NCBI GenBank assembly: GCA_023213395.1
Contig: CM041465.1
Span: 146,761,741-146,825,740, forward strand
Direction of reading: 5' to 3'
DNA: 64,000 bases
DNA from: Cycas panzhihuaensis
Lineage: Eukaryota; Plantae; Cycadophyta
The notes beneath the pieces were generated by a model. The model worked only from the letters and a program-made list of their open reading frames with translations. It was not told the DNA's origin and searched no databases. The translations under genes and the position numbers were made by a program. Shown here one piece after another: positions 41,731 through 53,500 of the stretch; positions within the stretch are counted from its first letter, which is position 1, and each line of letters opens with the position of its first letter.

Positions 41731-44666
41731 TGACACTCTTTTTCTTTCCCCTACCTTTCCTTTTTCTTTGCTTTTCATAAAATGATAAACATACCAAATG
41801 AAGAAAGGTAATGAGAATGTAACTAAGAGGAAATAAAGGGGAAAAAGTAAGGGATCCTTTCCAATGTGAAAACCCTTACTTTCAACTTTTTTTACAAAAA
41901 AAAAGAGAGACTAACTTCCCTTTTATAAGTTAATTTCTTCCTACTTTTCCTTATGGCTAAAATACTTTCTATCTCCCTTATTTTCTCTTTTAATAATGAA
42001 GTAACTTGAAAAAGAACAAAGGGGGCAAGGAGTTTCTATAAGAGGGAATAAGGTAAGAATGTTAATAAGAAACAAAATAACAATAAGGAATTTGGAGGAA
42101 GTGCATCTAGATTTAATTAATGGTTGGAGGCATCTTTCCCCGTCCTTCCTTCAGATGCTCCTATTATAAAATGCCAAAAGTAACAAACATGAAATAGGAG
42201 GGGAGAAAGGCACCTTAGAATGGCACAACCTCCCCTATGTAAGTGGTTTCCCTAGTTGTAATAAGGAAAACCTCTACAACAAACCATACAACTTAGTGGA
42301 TGTATGCACAAATGGGAAGGAGGGATCATACAAATTCTTACCCTGCCTTCTACAATCAAAGCAAAAAGAAACTACCAATTCGTATAACTCTACCTATGCA
42401 ACTTCGTGAAAGAGCATGGAAGGAAAGAGTGAAATGAGTCTCATAATCAAGAAACCATTGGCACATTTGAACCAAGATCACCAATGGAGGGATATTCGTC
42501 AAATTGGGCATATCACTCATATGCTTTTGATTCCTATCCTAAAAAATCATATCCTCTTCAAGATCCTACCCAAGAGGGCGAGGACCCTATTTACTGCCTA
42601 GGTGATTAGACACATCTGAATTTTTGCCCCTACCCTATGTAGGGTGTAAGGGGACACTTCCCTATGGACCACTCTCATTTTGATGAGAGAGCCCATGATG
42701 ACCGTCTTTCGAGTTCTGCTTAATATGAGCCCTCTACCTCATATGAGCAAGCTTAAACTCCTCCTAGTGATGTAGTAGAGGCATTGAGGAAATGTTTCAA
42801 AGCCATGAGTACCCAACCACCTCTAAAGTGTTTAGAGCGCTTCCTTTAGAGCATTACTTCACCTTCTTCCATCTCCATTCCACTTGCATTGTCCCAATCT
42901 ATGTCCTCTTTGGCAACGGGACCTATTCTTATAGCCCCTCCACCCATGAGTGATCCCTTGACCCAAGGGATGCCCCATGGGATGTTAATTACATAAATAG
43001 GTTTAAGCATACCTCCCCCTACCCAATCAATGGTGTCACAATCAATTGTGGCCCATGCCCATTTAATTCAACCCTGAGTCCCTTCACAATCCCACGCTTC
43101 AGGTTATGGAGGATCCATCCCCATTCACCCTTGTCCATAACACATGGACTCTTTGCTCTACGTACCCCTAGGTTACATATCCTAGCCTTGGGCGCATTGA
43201 GTGATAAACCCTCTTTTATCCTATGGGGTAGATCCACTCCATCCCTATGGGGTTACACCCTATGTATGTGAACCCTATGGGCAAAACCTCGTCCCTTACC
43301 CTACACCATCTTCTATATGTATAACTTCGTACACGGAGCCTTTGTAAGAGGGATCTACTCCCCCTCCTATCTCACATCCCTATGTGACATCATCTTAGGG
43401 TACATATCCATGGATTTCTATTACACATGCAAGGTGATATCCTCTCACCCAACTTCTTATGTGGTATACCCCCAAATGAGGGTAGCCCCTTCTTGTCAAA
43501 TAAGTGGGGACCCTTATGCTTCTTACACTTATCCTTCCTATCCCCCAAACAATGGGAGTGGGTATTCATACCTATCTCCCTCTACTTCTTAAGTTGATTT
43601 ATTAACTCAACCTAGGATCCATCCTTTCATTGATTATCGATCAACTCCCTTATCCATCGAGGCTCTCAGGACCAACCTGTCACCTCATCCTTTTGAAGTG
43701 CCTAAGTTTGATGATACTTCCTTGCAAGACCTGACCAAGCATGTTAGAGGCTTTTCCATAGCATGTATCGATTATTGGGCTTATGACCAAATTTTAATAG
43801 AATTACTTCCAAGATCCTTATAGGGAGATGCATTGAAATGGTTCTACCATCTCCCTACCCATTCTATCTTTACCTTCTAGTAGTTAGTTGATGAATTTGT
43901 CAACTACTTTAATGTAGCCCAACCCTTCAAAAGTGAGGTCAAGGCTCTCTTATCATTGAAACAAGGTCACGATGAACTCAATCATGACTTTGTGAGACAT
44001 CTCTATGATCTCCTTCACTCCTCCAAGGCCACCTTGCCTAAGGAATTTGTTAGGAATATTAATGTTATCTTTATGTCACATGTCAATATTATAAATTTAA
44101 GTTATTAAAGTTAATTTTATAAAGTTAATATTTGATAATTATTAATTATGTAAGCTCATTGAAATGAGTGACTACACATTCCAACGAACCTCTTACTCCT
44201 TAAAAATATCTTCCTAGAACTTAGGAGGTTGACTGAAGGAGGTTTTACCTAGTGTAGGTTGGTTGGGTTAATATTCTAAATATGTATTGTATATATCAAT
44301 GAGTTAATATAGCATTAGATTTAGAGGTGGTTTTTCTTCCCCAGAAGGGGTTTTTCACCTGCCACATCATGTGTATCTGTGCAATGTCTTTTTGTTATTG
44401 TTCTGTGCTTTGCATTTTATCCTAATGTTGCATATGATACCTATTTCAACATGGTGTTAGGGTTGCCTCTCTATCTACATGTTGTTGTAACTATAGGGTA
44501 TGCAAGAACCATAGGTTATCTTCCAACACCTCCAAGGCATTTCTTATAGTATTCAAATTCCTAGTCTCTACAAACTTATCTGCTTTTTGTATGAAATCAC
44601 CACATTGTATTGTAGGATCACCATTCTAAATGTGTTGGTGTTGTTGTTGTTACCGTTTCTATCCAG

Positions 44667-45047
44667 AAATGGGAATATGCAAATGTCTTCCAGCGTTCTA
44701 ATCTTACGAATTCTGGTAATGCCGTTATTAAAAACAACCAAGAAATGGTCATTGCTAACTTCCATGCATTCAACGATAATTCCAACTACCATCTCCTCTT
44801 TAACCCTGAAGTCAATCACGTAGGTCTCGAGATCAAACATGGAAAGCTTCAAATGAGTCGCCATTAATAACAAGCCGTCACCACCGATCTGGACACGGCC
44901 GATGCATTCTACTTATTCTATGAGCAAATGCCATCCCCTCAGAGCGTTAGGTTCTGTTATACCTCCAGCATTAAACAACAATTCTTCCGTCACGGTGTTC
45001 CATATGTGGCAAGCGTGACACAGAATCCCTGCGTATAATCTCCTCAC
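44667..45047 (-). pseudogene. SAP: Captured fragment of STERILE APETALA (F-box/WD40-like, C-terminal half)
   Basis: One frame with one stop (44913-44915): LYAGILCHACHIWNTVTEELLFNAGGITEPNALRGWHLLIE*VECIGRVQIGGDGLLLMATHLKLSMFDLETYVIDFRVKEEMVVGIIVECMEVSNDHFLVVFNNGITRIRKIRTLEDICIF. Colinear with recalled SAP LFAGVPGRAFHIWD..EE..FVGG.LTDPEAVMGWH.LTE....GR.R..DLRN..GLIV..DA.......G.ASVRRV.T...CEF. Confidence 0.8.
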
Positions 45048-45184
45048 TCTTCATTTCAATGTTTAGAGACTTTTTTTTTTCTCCCCTTCCATCTACTTTC
45101 TTGCTTGCAAACAAAAATAGGGTCCTATCAAGGCGATCACATCCAAGCTGAGATTTTAAACAAAACCCAATTGGCCCTTTGTCA

Positions 45185-45437
45185 CGTGGTATGGTGACCT
45201 ACGGTATATAGAGTGTAGGAAACATTGTCATGGAGGTCAGAAACATTGCCAAGGAAATCACTGGGGTTTGAAAACAAGTAAGCATTGACCATGATCCCAA
45301 ACAATGCTCGATGCCATCCCCAACATCACTACCACATGTAATGCAGAGGGATTTTACCAGAGGGAAGAACCAGATGCCAAGGCAACAACGATTGAGAAGA
45401 AAGACAAAGCTATCGTCCAACGCCATCCCAACGCCAT
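45185..45437 (-). pseudogene. Captured 5' fragment of a secreted/receptor protein gene (possibly malectin-like CrRLK1L kinase)
   Basis: MALGWRWTIALSFFSIVVALASGSSL (signal peptide), then across frameshifts LCITCGSDVGDGIEHCLGSW and AYLFSNPSDFLGNVSDLHDNVSYTLYT. Confidence 0.4.
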
Positions 45438-46430
45438 CGTCGATCAAGTTGAATTAAAGCCGAAGAATGGAGAATGAGTGAATGAAATTCCATCGTCGCC
45501 ACCATTCGAAGAACCCGCAACTAAGATAGGGTTTCATCCTTAAGATAAACCCAAAAACCAAATAAATTTCATCCTAAAGTTTTTGCAAACACAAAAAATA
45601 CTCCAACTTAATTTATTAATCATTCGGGTCTGTGCATCGCTCCCCGCCCCTACTCCCCCACTTTTTTTTTTTTTATAATATTGATTGAAGCAAAATTAAT
45701 CACCCCCTTGCCTTTAGTTAAATCAAAACATTAGTTTTTTAAATATTCTCAAAAAAATTATTTATGCAACTAATTTACAACACTTGATTTCATTCAATAA
45801 TCACTCTATTTAAATTTTCCTTTTTGTTATTAAAAGATAATTAAAGGGTAATCATCACTATAAAAATTAGGCTAAATAACCCCTTTCACTACTCTTAAAT
45901 GAAATCATTAATTATATAATCCATTATAAGGTGGTTTTGATAATTGGAGCATTAAATGCCCTAATCATAAGCTTGAAAAGTATTAACACTTGTCTTTAAT
46001 CTTTTTCATTTATAACTTGTAACTTGTTTAAATTAAATTTTCTCTCATTTATCCTTTTAAGTCCTTTCTTTATCACTAGTCAACTTTATACAAATCAATG
46101 CTATGTCTCTTTACTTAATTAATAAATAAAGTTATAATAATAATAACTTTTTTCTAGAAAAGGGAGTATTTATCTTTTTTTTTCTCTAAAGGGAAGGTAT
46201 CTAAATAAAATATCTCAAATAATAGTAATGATTTCAAGCTCTCTTATTTTTTAAAACTAAAATTACCATAAATATTTGATAAAATATATTTATTAATTAT
46301 TAATGGTAAATTAAAAGGATTGCTCTAATGTTTAGTGTTTTTTCTTATGACTTATTCACCTACATTTTATACCAAACATATTCAATTTTTTCTCTAAAAA
46401 GATTTCTAAACGTCATTCCTAATTCCCAAT

Positions 46431-49400
46431 ATGACACTTATGCTAGGAATAATCACTTGTATACCAATTCCAATTTTAAATGGCTCAAATTATGTCGACT
46501 AGAAAAATCGAATATCCCATCAACTTAAACGACAAAAGATATGACGATATGTTACAAATGAATTTACAAAACCAAAAGATGAAAAATCAAAAAGCTATAT
46601 GGAGTCCTAGGCACTATCTTATCGTCTCTTTCACTAGACATTAGTCAACAATTCTCTGATTCAGACGGTCTTGCCATTATCTAGAATACTCTCAAGGAAA
46701 AGTACGATAAGGTCGACTCTCAGCAATTGGCTATCTTAGAACAACAATTGTATGATCTCAATTATGATGACTTTTCCAAAGTCAAATATTTCTTATCAAA
46801 AATTTAATTTATCAATAAAGAATTAGGAAATTATATTAAATCTTCAATAAAAGTAAGTGATAAAGAAGAAAAAGTTGCACATGCCAAAGATGACGATACA
46901 CTCATCTGTCTAGCAATAAACAAACTTTTGAAGCATTTTAATCTCTTCAAGACTGCTAGACAGCAAGATGGTAATCCACCAGTAACCTTCAATCAGCAAA
47001 CAAATCAATTGATAGAACACCAAATAATGTTGATTCAAACCAGAAAATTAAAAGATCTTTCTCAAGCTTTCTTTTCAAAATCAAAGACACAAAATGAAAC
47101 TAAACATCAAAATAATTATAATAGTAATCCTAAGTTTAAGAAACCTCACAGAGGTCCACCAACTACTTCTCAAAATAATACTACGTATTTTAGACCACCA
47201 AAATACCAAAATACCTCTAAACAGTCTGTTTTAAAATGGAACACTGTAAATCCTTCACAGAACATTAGTTGTGCTTATTGCCATAAAAAATGACACACTA
47301 TTGATGTCCGTAGAAATAGAATAGCTTTAGAAGCTTAGAAAGCTTCTAAGGGAATTCAATCACAACCCCAATCTCACAATCATTCTTTAACTGATATAAT
47401 ATCTGCTTTTATTGCTCTATCTAGTTTATCACCACAATGGATTCTTGACTCTGGTCCTTCCTATCACATGATAGAACACTAGGAGTATTTAACCACTTAT
47501 CAATCTGATTCTAACTCTAAAGAAGATATTTCTTTTGGGAGTAGATCTCAACTCAAAGTGAAAGGATCATGTGATGTCACTCTAAAAGATGGTTCAATCA
47601 AGGACATATTCTACGTTCTTGGTTTATTACCAAATCTTCTTTCTGTTTATCAAATTTTCCAGAAAAACCTTGTTTCCAAATTCTGGAAAGATAAATTTGT
47701 TATTAAAGAACCTTTAAATAAATTCAAATCAATTGCCTTTGGACCTGTTGACTACAAAATAGGTCTCTATGACCTAACTAGTGTACAACATACTAAAACA
47801 AACTCTTTTAGTGCCTTTATAGCTAAATCTGACCCAGTCAGTAAATTATGGCATGTACAGTTTGGCCATACTAGCTATGGCAAACTTCAATATTTAAAAA
47901 GGCATAATATGGTTCATGGTCTTCCCCCCTAACCACTATCTATGGTGTTTGCAAAGCCTACAGAATAGGTAAGCAACACATGGATCCCTTTCCACATCAA
48001 ACTTAATTTAGAGTGAAAGTTCCACTTGAACTTATTCACTCTGATATATGTGAACCATTCCAAGTATTTTCATACTCTAGAAGTCATTATTTCATCACAT
48101 TCATTGATGAATTTTCAAGAAAATATTAGGTGTACACACTCAAGACTAGAAATCAAGTGTTTGACATCTTTGTTAAATTCAAAACACTTGTTGAAAAGTA
48201 ATCTAACTCAAAAATTAAAATTTTTAGATCAAACAATACTAAAGAATACTTAAGTAGCAAGTTTACTTCTTTTTGTGAAAAACACAGAATTTGATTTCAG
48301 TATTCCGTTACTTATACTCCTCAACAAAACTATGTTACTGAATGTAAAAACCATACTCTCGTCAAAATGACATGATGCATACTACATGCAAAGAGTCTTG
48401 ATTTAAAGTTATAGGTAGAAGAAATTGCTTGATCTAACTATCTCCTAAATCAGCTACCTAGTAAGTCTTTACAGAATGTTACGCCAGAATAGAAATAGTT
48501 TAGTTGTAAACCCTCAGTTAAACATCTTAGAATCTTTGGAAGTATTGCTTTGGGACACATTCCTAAAGAAAAATGTAAGAAACTAGATCCTAAAAGTTTA
48601 AAATACATCTTCGTTGGCTACAACGAAGAAAGCAAAGCCTATAGACTTCTAGATCCAATCACGCATAAGATCTCAATCTTACGTGATGTAATATTTGATG
48701 AAGAAGGATCCACATCAAATTCTACTCATAGAACTTCCCATTGAAAATTTGTTAACCAACACTTATTTGGTTAACCCTTCAGAAAAATAAGTTGACTATG
48801 AAATGATAGTCCTTATCTATGCAAGTCAAGAATTGGACTCTATTTAAAGCAACTATTATAGATCCTTCCTCCCAACCTGTTTCTTTAGATCAACCAATTA
48901 CTACAGAAACTTCAACAAACAAATAACCTATATAGGCAAAGAAAACTCTCTCTGATGTTGGATCTGATGTAGGTAATCCTTTAGATACTAGGAGAACATG
49001 TTCTCAAAAACTATAAACTAATTATGTACTAATGGCCAAAATAATGGCCAATGATGATCCTAAAATATTTAAACAAGCTAGTAATAATCCCATATAGTAG
49101 TAAGCCATACAAGTTGAAATAGATGCTTTAAAAAAGAATTCAACTTGGAATCTTGTTACTCTACTACCAAGAAAGAATCTAGTTGGCTGTAAATAGGTAT
49201 ATCAAACTAAGTTTAATTCAAAAGGAGCTGTTGAAAAATATAAAGCTCGCTTAGTTACAAAAGGTTCTCACAAATTGATAGTATTGATTATAATAAAACC
49301 TTCACCCATGTCACTAAAATGAATACTATCAAAACTGTTATCACTCTAGCAGCTAAATTTAGTTGGGAAATCCATCAAATAGATGTTAAGAGCACATTTT

Positions 49401-50593
49401 TAAATGGTGATCTCAAAGAAGAAATCTATATGACTTAACCTCCTGGCTTTATTGACAATCCTAACTTGGTTTGCAAGTTAAAGAAATCAATCTACGGGTT
49501 GAAACAAGCTCCTCGAGCTTGGTACATAAAAGTAGATGATTATCTTACTCAAAATGGATATGCTAGATGTATTAGTGACCCTAATCTTTACTTTAAACAT
49601 GAAAATAATAACATTACTATATTAATTCTATATGTTGATGATATCATTATCACAAGAACCTCCACCATCAATATTCATCAACTAAAATTGGCCTTGATGA
49701 ATAAATTTGAAATGACTGATTTAGGTCTTTTACATTATTTCCTCATATTACAAATTTATCAAACTGATTCAAAAATAACAATATCCCAACCTAAATATTT
49801 CTTAAACTTAATCAAAAGGTTTAACATGAAAAATGCTAAACCCGCACCTAATCCTTTATAATCAGGAGTTGAGTTATCTACTAATTGTTCTACACCACTT
49901 TGTGATTCGATATTATATAGGCAACTCATTGGAAGTCTAATTTATTTAACCCATACTCAACCCAATATCTCCTACGTTGCTCTATGTTCTAGATATATGT
50001 AAAAACTGCATAAGTCACATTGGAAAGTCGCCAAACAAATTCTCATATATCTTCAAGATACTGTTTTTTAAGGCTTAACTTATAATTTTTGTAATAATAC
50101 TTTAAAATTAATAGGATATACTAATTTAGACTGGTAAGAGACTCTGATGATAAAAAATCAATAGTTGGTTATGTTTTTTTCTTAGATTCCTCACCTATTA
50201 CTTGGTCTAGTAAAAAGATGTAGGCTCTAGAATTATCATCAACATAAACTGAATATCGAGCACTTGTTGAAGCTAGTAAAGAAACATTGTGGATCAAATC
50301 TCTTTTAAGTGAACTTGGTTTGTTTTCTAACTCTTCTATTAAACTTAAAGTTTATAATCAAGGTGTTATTGTTATTGCTACTAATCCTGTTGCTCATTCA
50401 AGAACTAAGCATAGAATTACATCAATATTTTATATGTAATCTTGTTACTGATGATATTATTCATTTATCTTATTGTCCTACTAATCTACAAGTTGTTGAC
50501 ATTCTTACCAAATAATTGACAGAAGTGAAGTTTTTAAAACTATGAGATTTATTGAAGATAAAAGAAGCCTCCATTAAAGGGGGATCAACATGA
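46431..50593 (+). pseudogene. Copia gag-pol pseudogene
   Basis: IPILNGSNYVD*K; CAYCHKK*H; WILDSGPSYHM; LWHVQFGH; LIHSDICEP; KLDPKSLKYIFVGY; KLKKSIYGLKQAPRAW; LYVDDII; QVVDILTK. Confidence 0.93.
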
Positions 50594-53500
50594 TGAAGAT
50601 CTTTTTTATCTTCTATATTATACAAAAGCTAACATTAAAAGGGGATGTTAGGAATATTAATGTAACCTTTATGTCACATGTCAATATTATAAATTTAAGT
50701 TACTAAGTCAGTTTTATAAAGTTAATATTTAATAATTGTTAATTATGCAAGTTCGTTGAAATGAGCAACTACCCATTCCAACGAACCTCTTACTCCTTAA
50801 AAAGCTCTTCTTAGAATCTAGGAGGTTGACTGAAGGAGGTTTTACCTGGTGTAGGTTAGTTGGGTTAATATTCTAAATTTGTATTGTATATATCAACGAG
50901 TTAATATAGCATTAGATTTAGAGGTGGTTTTTCTTCCCCATAAGGGGTTTTCCACCTGCCACATCATGTGTATCTATGCAATGTCCTTTTGTTACCGTTT
51001 TATTCTTTGCATTTGATCCTAATATTACATGTGATACCTCTTTCAACATAATTGAAGAGAGATATATTTGTTAATGCTCTTCACCCTGAAGTCCACGTGG
51101 AAGTCCTCAAAATGGGGGTGATGACATGTGACTCTACCATAGCCAAGTGTTTGGCATTAGAGGCCATTGAGATCTAGTTAGGTCTTAAGAAGCCTCATTG
51201 AAAATCATAGCATTGTAAGAAAAACCCTCCTCTGTGTGACCAAAAGTTCCAACAACAACCTCTAAGGTCTTCTACTAGTATAATTAAGAGGACCTTGGAT
51301 CCCTTAACCTTAGTCATATATTCTTTCGAATGTATGATCAAAGAACTGAAACTTTAGACTTCTCAACCTAAACCTCTCAAACAATGCCACTTAAGTGTGG
51401 GAACACCCAAACTTCCTAAGGAAGGAAGGTGAGACCTCCTTCTGAGAAGAAGTGATGTTCTGTGCATGGGGAGTGCCTCTATGAGGACTTACAATATTGA
51501 TCAAAATATCTTGAGCTTGCACCACATTGTGACACCTCTCCCAAGAGGGATTCTAAGCCCAATTTAGATTAGCATGTTTATAGGATCCTTTCTCAAACCA
51601 TGGGAAATAGGACCAACATATCTAAAATAGGAAGGCAAGGAATAAAGGACAATCTCCTAACCTTTTTTCTAATTAAGTAAAGTGAAAGGGCTGAAGAGAT
51701 TCGTCTTCTTTACCTAGTCTTAGGTCCCAACATCCTTCATCTTCTCAACCCAAAAACAAATGGAAGAGAGTCATCTAAATGCTTAACACCACTGCCTTGT
51801 ACCTTTTTGCAAGATCCCAAGCTACAAAGGAGGCTGATAAAGCCTCCACCTTATAACAAATTCCTTCCATAGACAATCTACCTACAAAAATCTCTATGGT
51901 CTCCAAGACCATTCCCATCTACCCTAGATGCTATGATTTTTGAAGAGCACTCCCCCAACCTATAGGGAAGGGGAAAGCCTTTTTTATTATCAAAGAGATC
52001 CACACGTGGTTGCTGGCATATCTATAATGGACATCCTATGAAGTTGCCTTGAGCAACGAGCCCTTCTCCTGGAAGCCCTAACTCAAAAGGATGTCCCCAT
52101 CCATTTTGTTAGTACCACTTCAAATGGGGTACCTGTCATCACATTTGACCCTAGAGACCTCCCTCTTACAGTGAAAGGGAACACCAATAGCATTACCCTT
52201 TCACTATCACTATAGATACCCTAGATTGCACCATAAAAAGGATTGTTATGGATAATGGTTCTTTGGTTAATTCCATGCCTATATATATGGTAGAAAAGCT
52301 GGGGATAGAGTCCCTCGAATAGGTCCCATGGAGGTGCCAAGGCTATGATGGTAGTGAGAAGGCATCCTTGTGGATGATGATGTTTCTCCTTACCTTAGAA
52401 GATAAAATCATCCAAATGAACATTATAGTCCTTGACATAGATGTGGACTACAACCTTTTGTTAGGACGTCCATGGCTTAACTAAATGGGAGTCATTTCCT
52501 CCTCTAGCTAGGGGCAACTAAAATTTTCCCATGAAGGGAAAATGAAAGTTATCATTCATGAGCCTCCCCCTAGTTGACCACCTCACCAACACTACTAAGC
52601 AATCTTTAGGATGATGAGGTTGAGGATCCGTCCAACCCATCGATTGCTCATCCTATTGATGATTAAGACTATCGAGAAGAAAGGGAATCACATCCCTCTC
52701 ATGTGAACTTGATTCACTTTGCCTCTAATACTATTTAGAGCTATGGATACCTAGTCATCTTGAGTGATCAACAGTCATATGACAATGACGAGGAACCTCC
52801 CCACCCAATATCCCTCCTTAATGTGTGAAGAGGGCATTTACCTTACCCTTTCATATATCTTATGCCTCAGTGTAGGACCCACATCAAGGTAGCTCCCTCT
52901 CTCATTTCATCCTAAGATCAATACGCTATTAGTCCCTTAACATGCGTAGATCCATAACCTACATAATAGCACTCTACTCCCCAATCCTTACCATCCTCCA
53001 TAGATGATGAGGATAAGGAGTGTTTTTTTCCATTAATGAGTCTATTATTTATGACTTGGATCCTAGCTAGCTCTCCTCTCCATAAGATAGGATGTAGCGG
53101 CATAGGGGGTCACGCTCAGACTTCTCTAAAGAGTCCCCTCATTATGTTGATTGGTGGGTTGATTACTACGAGCCCGTCACCCCTCCACCTGCTTCTCAGT
53201 TCTTGCCTAGTAAGATTATCCATGGGATATATTTCTTCAAGAATGACCAAGTCCTATTAGAGCATCTAGTGGGTGCCATGCCTAACTTGCCTTCTAGACA
53301 CCATAAACTTGGTTTTCGGAAGTGTTTGGATATTGGGTTATCACTAGCCAAACTAAACCAATGACCCCTCCCCATCCATTGATTGATAAAGCTCCTTTCC
53401 ATTTTGAGGGAGGAAATACCATGCATGTAGGGGCAATCAAGGACATCACCCTTGCCCCTAGTAAGGTCATCAAGGTTAGGGTAGAGTGCTCTCCCTAAGA

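Larger units (their letters stand above)
44048..51048 (+). mobile_element. Full-length Ty1/copia element with host-gene cargo in a ~2-kb 5' leader, inserted in Tat gag
   Basis: 5' LTR 44048-44451; degenerate PBS TGGTGTTAGGGT 44452-44463; PPT AAAAGGGGA 50637-50645; 3' LTR 50646-51048 (about 90% identical); TSD GAATT/TAATT. Confidence 0.95.

Noticed and set aside
39880-42400. 5' LTR and PBS of the old Tat element
   Set aside because: Only weak similarity to the young LTR; no confident TG..CA ends, PBS or TSD.
45199-45447. This ORF as the SAP N-terminus (F-box)
   Set aside because: Superficial W..P...SL similarity only; no VCTTW/SRSD.LW motif; a signal-peptide reading fits better.
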